Source: an uncultured Candidatus Saccharibacteria bacterium (GTDB taxonomy: Bacteria > Patescibacteriota > Minisyncoccia > Phycocordibacterales > UBA9973). From it: a DNA stretch of 64,000 nucleotides. Position numbers and translations under genes: made by a program. The stretch covers positions 18,161 through 82,160 of the forward strand of contig CAZYBS010000002.1 of assembly GCA_964645245.1 (NCBI GenBank). The letters are read 5' to 3'. Of this stretch, positions 1 through 7,964 are shown in pieces (the stretch's first letter is position 1; every line of letters begins with the position of its first letter). The notes beneath the pieces are model-generated. The model saw only the letters and a program-made list of their open reading frames with translations. It searched no databases and was not told the DNA's origin.

Positions 1-1171
1 AAGATTATACGAAATCATCGATTCCCGCACTTCTTACGAGTGCCAGTATGGGCTTTTCTTGAAAGACTGTTCAAGTTGTCTTTATTGTTTTGACTGCCGA
101 GGCTGTAATAATTGCTTCATGTCTTCGAACCTTCGCAATAAAAGCTATGTTTTTCGCAACAAACAGCTTTCTCGCGAAGAACATATGAAAAAGAAGAAAG
201 AATTGGAACTTTCTTCCTTTACCAATAGAGAAGGCCTGCGCAGGGAATGGTTAGACATGATGACAAATTCGATTCACCGATATGTCAGAAGCGCAAGAAA
301 TATAAATTCCACAGGCAGTTTTATTTATGATTGTAAAAATGTAACTCGATCTTTCGAAGTAGATAAAGGAGAAGACTCGAAACATCTGTATGCTACCATT
401 GACCCTAAAAACTGCATGGACCTCTACCATGTGGGTCTAAATCTTGAACTTTGTTATGAATGTCAGGGGTGCACGCGAACTTCCAACTGCCAATTTTGCC
501 ATCTGTGTTATGACAACATGAATGTTTCTTATTCCGATACTTGCCAAAACAGTCAGAACTTATTTGGCTGTGTATCTGTGAAAAAGGGTGAATATATGAT
601 TTTTAATAAAAAATATTCAAAAGCTGAATATGAAAAATTAAAAGCAAAAATCATTGAACACATGAGAAAAATAGGGGAGTACGGCGAATTTTTCCCGCCC
701 CAAAATGCGCCGGTGTATTACAATGAAACACAGGGCGCTCTCTATGTGCCAATGGAGAAAGAAGAAGTTTTAGCTAAAGGTTGGCATTGGGAAGACAATA
801 TTCCTGGGACTTTTGGGAAAGAAACAATCTCTGGTGGAGCTATACCCGATAAAATAGAGGATGTGCCGGACTCTTTTTTGAGTGAAGTTTTTTCTTGCGC
901 CACTTGTTCAAAAAATTATAATATTACTCAGAATGAACTTCTTTTCTTGAGAAAAGAGAGTGTGCCATTTCCCAGAAAATGCCCAAATTGCCGCTACAAG
1001 CGCAGATTTGATCTGCGTCCACCGAGAAGGCTTTGGCACAGGCAATGCATGTGCGACAGAAAAGACCATGGTCACGCGGGGAAATGTGATAATGAATTTG
1101 AGACCTCATACGCTCCTGGGCGACCAGAAAAAGTTTACTGCGAGAGCTGTTACAACAAAGAAGTATACTAA
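1..1171 (+). CDS. Cysteine-rich multi-CxxC protein, paralog 1 of 5 (5'-truncated by the window edge)
   Basis: Frame 2 is open from nt 2 upstream of the listed Met, so the gene starts before the window. The C-terminal ~150 aa module is conserved with the other paralogs (GEYGEFFP...PFPRKCPNCRYKRR...HGHAGKC...FETSYAPGRPEKVYCESCYNKEVY), and it has internal CxxCxxCxxC ladders. Confidence 0.75.
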   Translation, partial: RLYEIIDSRTSYECQYGLFLKDCSSCLYCFDCRGCNNCFMSSNLRNKSYVFRNKQLSREEHMKKKKELELSSFTNREGLRREWLDMMTNSIHRYVRSARNINSTGSFIYDCKNVTRSFEVDKGEDSKHLYATIDPKNCMDLYHVGLNLELCYECQGCTRTSNCQFCHLCYDNMNVSYSDTCQNSQNLFGCVSVKKGEYMIFNKKYSKAEYEKLKAKIIEHMRKIGEYGEFFPPQNAPVYYNETQGALYVPMEKEEVLAKGWHWEDNIPGTFGKETISGGAIPDKIEDVPDSFLSEVFSCATCSKNYNITQNELLFLRKESVPFPRKCPNCRYKRRFDLRPPRRLWHRQCMCDRKDHGHAGKCDNEFETSYAPGRPEKVYCESCYNKEVY

Positions 1172-1214
1172 AATCTTATTCTAGTATTTTGCAAAAGACT
1201 GAAATAATAAAAAC

Positions 1215-2894
1215 ATGAAAAGCGAAATAAAAATGTGCCAAAACTGCAAACAAGATTTCATTATAGAAGAGGAAGACTTCAATTTCTATGAGAAGATAAA
1301 AGTACCACCGCCGACTTTTTGCCTGGAGTGCCGGCAAGTAAGAAGAATGGTTTGCGCCAACGAGCGGGTATTCTATAAAAGAAAATCTGATCTTGGCGGA
1401 GCCGATATTTTCAGCATGTATCCTCCAGATACGCCTTTTCCGGTGTACGAAACTAAGGAATTTTACTCCGACGAATGGGATCCATATCAATATGGGGCTG
1501 ATTATGATTTCTCTCGACCGTTTTTTGAGCAGTTTAAAGAGTTGTTTGACAAAGTCCCGCGCATGGCGCTGGTTCGGCAGGGTTTTTCCATTAATAGCGA
1601 ATACACCCATCGAGTGCATGACCTAAAAAATTGTTATATGGTTTTCCGCGCTTCTGATTGTGAAGATTCGCTTTATACTTATACGGCCCTAGACGCTAAA
1701 AACTGCGTAGACTGCTTTAATGTAAATCACTCCGAGCTTTGTTATGAATGCATAGACTGCAATAAGTGCTATAAAACCAGATTTTCCCAAGAATCCGCCG
1801 AGTGCCGGGATTCCCTGTTTTTATACGCTTGCCGCAACTGCTCCAATTGCGTTGGCTGTGTGAATCTAGTAAATCAAGAATATTGTATTTGGAACGCCAA
1901 ATATTCAAAAGAAGAATATTTTAAGAAGCTCATTGACCTGAAGCTTAATACCGCTTCCGGTATTTCCAAAATGGAACGCAAATTTTCTGAACTCAAGAAA
2001 AAGTTTCCTCAAAGGGCGATTATGTCCCTTAAATCCAATAAAGTTTCAGGTAATTGGTTTTTGAATTGCGAAAATGTAAAAAATTCTTTCGGCTGCGTGA
2101 ATTTGAAAGACTGCAAATATATTTATTTCGCGTTCAATGAACAGGATTGCATGGATCATTTTCAGTGGGGCGATTCTTCCGAGCTCATATATGAGTCCGC
2201 CAATTGCGGCATAAACGACTCCAGGATTTTTTTCTGTTCGCAATGCTGGTCCAGCGCTCATGACCTGTATTACTGCGATTCATGTCCGAGCTCGAGCTAC
2301 TCGTTCGGGTGCATCGGCTTGAAGAAAGGCGAATATTCAATACTTAATAAAAAATACACTAAAGGAGAATATGAGAAGTTAGTGCCGAAAATTATTGAGC
2401 ATATGAAACAGACAGGGGAGTACGGCGAGTTCTTTCCGCATACATTAAGCCCTTTTGCCTACAACGAAACAGCCGCAATTGATTTCTATCCACTTGCCAA
2501 AGAAGAAGCCATACGGAGAGGCTACAAATGGAAAGACCGGGAAAAGAGGAATTATAATATAACCAAAGAGGGAAAAGAACTTCCGGAAACCATAAGGGAG
2601 GTCGACGATTCAATACTTAAAGAAGTTATCGGCTGCGCCGAGAAAGACAAAGTTTATTCTACCGGAGCTTACCGTATTACGGAAAATGAACTCTCTTTTT
2701 ATCGGAGAATGGATTTACCTCTCCCCAGAGTATGTTTTGATGTGCGGCATACTAGACGTTTAGGGAAACGCCCGCCGATGCGTACAATAAAACGCTTCTG
2801 TTCAAAATGTAATATAGAAGTTGAAACAGCTTATGATGAAAATTACGCTCCCATAATTTACTGCGAAAAATGTTATCAGCAGGAGGTGTATTAA
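1215..2894 (+). CDS. Cysteine-rich multi-CxxC protein, paralog 2 (N-terminal Zn-ribbon-like module, CxxC ladder, C-terminal FCS/YacG-like Zn ribbon)
   Basis: 559 aa. N-terminus CQNCKQDFIIEEEDFNFYEKIKVPPPTFCLECRQVRRM is near-identical in paralogs 3-5, and the C-terminus ends ...YCEKCYQQEVY. There are about 45 Cys residues. Confidence 0.8.
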   Translation: MKSEIKMCQNCKQDFIIEEEDFNFYEKIKVPPPTFCLECRQVRRMVCANERVFYKRKSDLGGADIFSMYPPDTPFPVYETKEFYSDEWDPYQYGADYDFSRPFFEQFKELFDKVPRMALVRQGFSINSEYTHRVHDLKNCYMVFRASDCEDSLYTYTALDAKNCVDCFNVNHSELCYECIDCNKCYKTRFSQESAECRDSLFLYACRNCSNCVGCVNLVNQEYCIWNAKYSKEEYFKKLIDLKLNTASGISKMERKFSELKKKFPQRAIMSLKSNKVSGNWFLNCENVKNSFGCVNLKDCKYIYFAFNEQDCMDHFQWGDSSELIYESANCGINDSRIFFCSQCWSSAHDLYYCDSCPSSSYSFGCIGLKKGEYSILNKKYTKGEYEKLVPKIIEHMKQTGEYGEFFPHTLSPFAYNETAAIDFYPLAKEEAIRRGYKWKDREKRNYNITKEGKELPETIREVDDSILKEVIGCAEKDKVYSTGAYRITENELSFYRRMDLPLPRVCFDVRHTRRLGKRPPMRTIKRFCSKCNIEVETAYDENYAPIIYCEKCYQQEVY

Positions 2895-2968
2895 AGTAAA
2901 GAAATAAATTTGTTGTGTGTTATAATTATAAAGTCGAAAATTATTAATTTAATTTTATAAATAATTTC

Positions 2969-3445
2969 ATGTTTAGAAAAACTTTAGTGTTTTCAGGTTT
3001 GCTTTTAGCATTATCGTTGGTAGTTGCTCCAGTGTCAGCAGAGACCACAACTGGAACGACTGCTCCAGTTTCCGCTTCAGCGAAAGCAGCAGCCAAATCT
3101 GCTGACGTAGCCGCTAAAATCGCATGTGTTGCGAGCGCTGTCAGTATTCGTGAAGCAGCTATTAGTACAGCCTTTGCGGCACATTCCCAAGCTGTTTCTG
3201 CTGCATATACCACTCGTGCTAATGAACTCTTGGGTGCGTACTCTAATACAACCGCGGCCAAAGTGCAGGTGGGGGTCAAAGTTTCTTGGGCTGGTTTTAA
3301 CAAGACAGTGAAGTCTGCTACCAATACTTGGAAAACAAGTCGCAATGCTGCTTGGTCAGCATTCAGATCTGCTGTGACAGCATGTAAAGCCCCCACAGGC
3401 GTTTCTGACTCTTCTAATTCCAGCTCTGAGCCAAGTGGACAATAG
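2969..3445 (+). CDS. Small Ala-rich secreted protein (signal peptide)
   Basis: N-terminus MFRKTLVFSGLLLALSLVVAPVSA is a classic signal peptide and the rest is Ala/Ser/Thr-rich. The overlapping antisense ORF 2944..3456 is judged spurious. Confidence 0.5.
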   Translation: MFRKTLVFSGLLLALSLVVAPVSAETTTGTTAPVSASAKAAAKSADVAAKIACVASAVSIREAAISTAFAAHSQAVSAAYTTRANELLGAYSNTTAAKVQVGVKVSWAGFNKTVKSATNTWKTSRNAAWSAFRSAVTACKAPTGVSDSSNSSSEPSGQ

Positions 3446-3499
3446 GAAAAATACATTTACGAAGTTAAATAAAAAATCCTTGACACAAATAAGGATTTT

Positions 3500-4018
3500 T
3501 TATTTCCCAAACGCTTCGAACAGAATTTTTTTTGTCTCCTCGTCTATAAATTGGGTGACAATGATCATCATTTCGGTTGTGAGTCCCAAGTCCTTTTTTA
3601 TATTCGTAAATAAGTGCTCAAAGGGGTAGGGGGAAATCCAGGCGGAATTTTTCAGGCAGACAAAGCCCGCTTTTTTAAGAAGGTAGCGCAGGCCCTCCCG
3701 CTCGCCTTTTCTGTTTTCCGGCAAATCCAAAAGAATAATTCTCCAGAATCCATCCCATGTTTGAGGGACCAGGGCGTCTTCGCTCTCTAGTGTCATGGTG
3801 TTCAGCTTGGTTTTTCCGTGAGCTGTGATTTTGGCGTAATTTTGCCTTTCTGTTGCATGCATTTCAGCATATCCGCCTTCCACCAGGTTTTTAAGAGCAC
3901 GGGCCAAAGCGTAGGAGGTTTTTGCGTCTTTGTCTTTTAGTTCCTCCACAGAAACTGCCGGCTTCTCAGCCAGCTTTTTAAGTATTTTTTTACTGTATTT
4001 TTCTTTTGGACTTGACAT
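3500..4018 (-). CDS. PaaX-like regulator with a Cas2-fold C-terminal domain (putative transcription factor)
   Basis: It has the WDGFWRIILLDLPE....R..LR..L...GF..L..SAWISP pattern (WDG...SVW-type PaaX_C/Cas2-like signature). It is divergent from dnaK. Confidence 0.45.
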   Translation of the reverse strand: MSSPKEKYSKKILKKLAEKPAVSVEELKDKDAKTSYALARALKNLVEGGYAEMHATERQNYAKITAHGKTKLNTMTLESEDALVPQTWDGFWRIILLDLPENRKGEREGLRYLLKKAGFVCLKNSAWISPYPFEHLFTNIKKDLGLTTEMMIIVTQFIDEETKKILFEAFGK

Positions 4019-4138
4019 GCTTATAGCCTATCATATATACTCTCATTATACAAGTTTTTCGTGGTCGCAAATTAAATGTTAATTATTAATTTAACCTTAT
4101 GCCGCCTATGCTAAAGCTATGGCGAGCCAAAGAAATAT

Positions 4139-6049
4139 ATGAGCAAAATTATAGGAATAGATTTGGGTACGACAAATTCGGCTGTTGCCGTGATTGAAGG
4201 GGGTGCACCAAAGATTGTTGAAAATGTGGAAGGCAATCGCACTACCCCTTCAGTAGTTTCGGTTGCTAAAAATGGAGACCGGCTGGTGGGCTTACTGGCC
4301 AAGAGGCAAGCGGTGACAAACCCGGAAAATACGGTTTATGGCATTAAGCGTTTTATGGGCCATAATTTTGATGATGCCGAAGTACAGAAAGATTTGAAAA
4401 ATGCGTCGTTCAAGGTTCAGAAATCCGCAAACGGCGGAGTAGAGGTGAAAATTGGTGATAAATGGATGCGCCCGGAAGAAGTTTCCGCGATGATTTTAGG
4501 AAAAATAAAAGGGGATGTAGAAGCAAAACTGGGAGAAAAGATTACCGAAGCAGTCATCACTGTGCCGGCCTATTTCAATGATGCGCAAAGAAAAGCCACC
4601 AAAGACGCCGGAGCGATTGCCGGACTAGACGTAAAACGCATCATTAACGAACCCACGGCAGCTGCTCTTGCTTACGGCTTTAATAAAAAGAAAAACGAAA
4701 AAATAGTGGTGTATGATTTTGGCGGGGGAACTTTTGATGTCTCTATTCTGGAGATTGGAGATGATGTAGTAGAAGTTAAATCCACGGACGGGGACAGCCA
4801 CTTAGGGGGCCGTGATATTGACCATAAAATCATAAACTTCATTGCGGAAGAATTTAAAAAAACTTCCGGTGTAGATGTACGCAAAGACAAGCTGGCCCTG
4901 CAGCGTCTGGACGAAGCGGCCGAGAAAGCCAAGATAGAGCTTTCAACTGCGGTTGAAACAGAAGTCAATATTCCGTTTATTACTTCTACCGCGGCCGGCC
5001 CTCAACATTTGCTTTTGAAAATGACTCGCGCTCAATTGGAATCCATTGCCGACGAGTATATTGCCCGTGCCGTAGAAATTACCAAGCGCGCGATGGCCGC
5101 TTCCGGTTTTAAAATTGAAGACATGAATGAAGTGATAATGGTCGGCGGACAGACCCGCATGCCGAAAATTGTGGAAGAAGTGAAAAAGATTTTTAATAAG
5201 ACTCCAAACTTATCCATCAACCCTGACGAAGTCGTGGCGCTCGGCGCGGCGGTGCAGGCTGGCGTATTGCAGGGGGATGTGCGCGACGTTCTCTTGCTTG
5301 ATGTCATACCGCTTTCACTTGGTATTGAAACATTGGGCGGAGTGGCTACTAAATTAATTGAAAGAAATACGACTATTCCATCCTCTAAGTCTCAAATATT
5401 CTCAACCGCGGCTGATAACCAGACTTCAGTGGAAATCCATATTGTGCAAGGGGAGCGTCCGATGGCATCTGACAATAAATCTCTTGGCAGGTTTATTCTA
5501 GACGGCGTGCCACCAGCGCCTCGCGGCATGCCGCAGATTGAGGTGGTCTTTGATGTGGATGCGAATGGAATTTTGAATGTGACGGCGAAAGATAAAGCTT
5601 CCGGTAAAACCCAGTCAATACGGATAGAAGCGAGCTCCGGATTAAAAGAAGAAGATATTAAGAAGATGCAAGCAGATGCAGAACTTCACGCCGAAGAAGA
5701 TAAAAAGAAAAAAGAAGTTGTAGATATAAAGAATACGGCGGAAATGATTATTTACACTGCCGAAAAAGCGCTCAAAGACAATGAAGCAAAAATCCCGGCA
5801 GAATTAAAAGACAGCGTCAATGCCAAAATATCTGCGCTCAAAACTGCCAAGGACGGCACTGACTCTGATGCAATTAAAAAAGCTACAGAAGAACTTTCTG
5901 CCGAAATGTCCAAAATAGGGGAAGCTATGGCTAAGGCCGGAGCAGACAACCCTTCGGCAAGCTCAGGACAGGCCCCCGAAGAACAAAACCCAGAAGTAAA
6001 AGATGCGGAGTTTAAGGAAAAGAAAAACGGGGAAGAGCCTAAATCCTAA
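4139..6049 (+). CDS. dnaK: Molecular chaperone DnaK (Hsp70)
   Basis: Motifs [27 protein letters not shown] and IVQGER are present across the full 636 aa. Confidence 0.97.
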   Translation: MSKIIGIDLGTTNSAVAVIEGGAPKIVENVEGNRTTPSVVSVAKNGDRLVGLLAKRQAVTNPENTVYGIKRFMGHNFDDAEVQKDLKNASFKVQKSANGGVEVKIGDKWMRPEEVSAMILGKIKGDVEAKLGEKITEAVITVPAYFNDAQRKATKDAGAIAGLDVKRIINEPTAAALAYGFNKKKNEKIVVYDFGGGTFDVSILEIGDDVVEVKSTDGDSHLGGRDIDHKIINFIAEEFKKTSGVDVRKDKLALQRLDEAAEKAKIELSTAVETEVNIPFITSTAAGPQHLLLKMTRAQLESIADEYIARAVEITKRAMAASGFKIEDMNEVIMVGGQTRMPKIVEEVKKIFNKTPNLSINPDEVVALGAAVQAGVLQGDVRDVLLLDVIPLSLGIETLGGVATKLIERNTTIPSSKSQIFSTAADNQTSVEIHIVQGERPMASDNKSLGRFILDGVPPAPRGMPQIEVVFDVDANGILNVTAKDKASGKTQSIRIEASSGLKEEDIKKMQADAELHAEEDKKKKEVVDIKNTAEMIIYTAEKALKDNEAKIPAELKDSVNAKISALKTAKDGTDSDAIKKATEELSAEMSKIGEAMAKAGADNPSASSGQAPEEQNPEVKDAEFKEKKNGEEPKS

Positions 6050-6054
6050 TAAAT

Positions 6055-6996
6055 ATGAAAAATAATTTAATAAAGAAGAAAAAAGTTTTCATTTTCCTTT
6101 TTATTATTTTGAGTTTATTTTACGTGAATAGGTTTTCTTATGCGCAAACAACTTTTATTGAAGTTCGAAATCAAACTAAAGACAACACCCAGCGTATACA
6201 AGATATTGAAGACAAGATGCTAGATCTTAAGGATAACTATAGATTACTTTATGATGGGGCTAAAAATCAAAATGATCAACTAGGTAATCTGATTTCTTAT
6301 TCAGGGTATATTTTGGCTATTTTGGGTATTATTCTTGCTGCATATATAAATAGTCAGTATAAAAAAATTAAAGAGTTGAAAGACATTGTTGAAACTACTA
6401 AAGAGTACATTGATAAAGATAATAAAAAATTATATGAAAATATAACAAGAGACGAGACACTAAAATTACTTAAGAGATTGAAAGAAGTTCCAGAAGATAT
6501 TACAAATATTTATCACTTATTGTTTTCGCGAGATTTATTAGAAGAAGATTATATATCCCTTAAAGAACAATATTTAAAAATCAAAAATGACAACTCTCAA
6601 AGAGAGGCGAAAGATATTTATATTATGTTATTAATGCAACATTTCCCATATCAGTCCCTAAAAGATTCAGAATTAAAGACCGAAGTAATTTCTAAAATAG
6701 ACTTAGATAGCTTAAATAGTATGTTTAGTAGAGATATTAAAAATTTTTTTGTTGAAACATTAAAATATTTAAAAGAATTTGGTATTGGACATGAGCAAGA
6801 AAAGACAATTATAAAAAATTTATTCTATTTCTATTCAAAGTCCCATTTCCAAGCTAATGTTGAACTAAATAATTACATCAAAGAATCAGTTGTAAAATCT
6901 AGTCTAAATGTTTTAGATATTCACAGTGTGGCGAAAGAACAAGCTCCCACAGATTCAACATATACAAATTGGTTAAATTCTATTTTCTCTTCCTAA
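6055..6996 (+). CDS. Hypothetical membrane-anchored coiled-coil protein (extremely AT-rich gene)
   Basis: N-terminal hydrophobic segment, a second TM near aa 80-100, and Lys/Glu/Asn-rich low complexity. Its composition is clearly lower in GC than dnaK. Confidence 0.45.
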   Translation: MKNNLIKKKKVFIFLFIILSLFYVNRFSYAQTTFIEVRNQTKDNTQRIQDIEDKMLDLKDNYRLLYDGAKNQNDQLGNLISYSGYILAILGIILAAYINSQYKKIKELKDIVETTKEYIDKDNKKLYENITRDETLKLLKRLKEVPEDITNIYHLLFSRDLLEEDYISLKEQYLKIKNDNSQREAKDIYIMLLMQHFPYQSLKDSELKTEVISKIDLDSLNSMFSRDIKNFFVETLKYLKEFGIGHEQEKTIIKNLFYFYSKSHFQANVELNNYIKESVVKSSLNVLDIHSVAKEQAPTDSTYTNWLNSIFSS

Positions 6997-7035
6997 AGCT
7001 TTTAGTTTTGGCTATTTTTTGATATAATTTTATTC

Positions 7036-7482
7036 ATGGTTGAATACAAAAAAAGTTCTGCGGTATTAGTTTTTAATGATAAAGGTGAGCTTGCGTTACA
7101 GCTACGTGCTGCGAACGATAGCTCATTTCCTTCTCATTGGGATTTTTCGGCAGGTGGTGGAATTGATGAAGGAGAAGATAATAAATATTCTGCTGAAAGG
7201 GAACTAAAAGAAGAACTCGGTATTGATGCAGAAGTAGAATTTATAATTGAAGAGCATTATACATATCCAGCTTGGAATCCATCCGTGAAAAGGGAAGTAG
7301 ATCTTTTCATTTACAAAACTTTTCACAATGGACCATTTAATCCAGATCTCAAAGAAATTGAGAAAGTGGAGTTTTTTGCACTTGATACAATTAAAAAAAT
7401 GATTAAATCCAGTCAGAAATTTCATCCGGAATTTGTTCTATCATGGAATAAAGGAATTATTTCTCAAGCCCTTATAAATTAA
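7036..7482 (+). CDS. NUDIX hydrolase
   Basis: Perfect Nudix box GGGIDEGEDNKYSAERELKEELGI (GX5EX7REUXEEXGU). Confidence 0.85.
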   Translation: MVEYKKSSAVLVFNDKGELALQLRAANDSSFPSHWDFSAGGGIDEGEDNKYSAERELKEELGIDAEVEFIIEEHYTYPAWNPSVKREVDLFIYKTFHNGPFNPDLKEIEKVEFFALDTIKKMIKSSQKFHPEFVLSWNKGIISQALIN

Positions 7483-7596
7483 GGGCTTTTTGCTTGACTT
7501 TTAACATAAAATGTGCTATACTTGTACCGTTATCAGAATTGAGTTTCTGGTAGCCTCTACGGATGTTTCGTAGAGATTGTACATTGAAAGGTTCGT

Positions 7597-7743
7597 ATGA
7601 AAAAAAGGATTGCGTTTTTTGTCGTGATCGTGGCACCGAGCGTGGTAACCATGGTGCTCAGCGGAGTTCATCCTGGGTGGATCACGGCCAATGTGCTGTG
7701 GTTTGTCCTGTTGGCTGCCGTGCACAAACTCCGGCAAGACTAG
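7597..7743 (+). CDS. Possible small hydrophobic protein (48 aa), not in the ORF track
   Basis: ATG is preceded by gaaagg. The translation MKKRIAFFVVIVAPSVVTMVLSGVHPGWITANVLWFVLLAAVHKLRQD has two hydrophobic stretches. An imperfect hairpin follows at ~7836-7872. It lies in a locally GC-richer patch that overlaps two mutually overlapping listed ORFs. Confidence 0.25.
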   Translation: MKKRIAFFVVIVAPSVVTMVLSGVHPGWITANVLWFVLLAAVHKLRQD

Positions 7744-7964
7744 CTTGCAACACAAGAGCGCAAACTCTTGATAAAAAATCTTGCCGCCAGCGTTCGAGAG
7801 TTTACAGGCGTTAAAGTCAGAACTCTCAATATCATCATCTCTCACTCATTAGAACCTTCGGGTTTTCTAATAGTGAGCAGTACAATGAAGGTTTTTGTCT
7901 AAATCTTTATTCCTCTGCTCATAACTCCTTTAATTTTTGCGAATTTCTGCTATAATTTACCCAT

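Noticed and set aside
2944-3456. 170-aa ORF on the minus strand overlapping the Ala-rich gene
   Set aside because: It is antisense to an ORF that has a textbook signal peptide. Ala-rich GC-biased sequence routinely gives long antisense ORFs. It has no start context.
4019-4138. Looked for a CIRCE/HrcA operator upstream of dnaK
   Set aside because: No TTAGCACTC-N9-GAGTGCTAA-like inverted repeat is present. Only the GCTAAAGCTA motif reported above was found.
7516-7845. Overlapping ORFs 7516..7845(-) and 7563..7814(+)
   Set aside because: They overlap each other and have Arg/Cys/His-rich products with no start signals. The short hydrophobic ORF at 7597-7743 is a better, though still weak, candidate.
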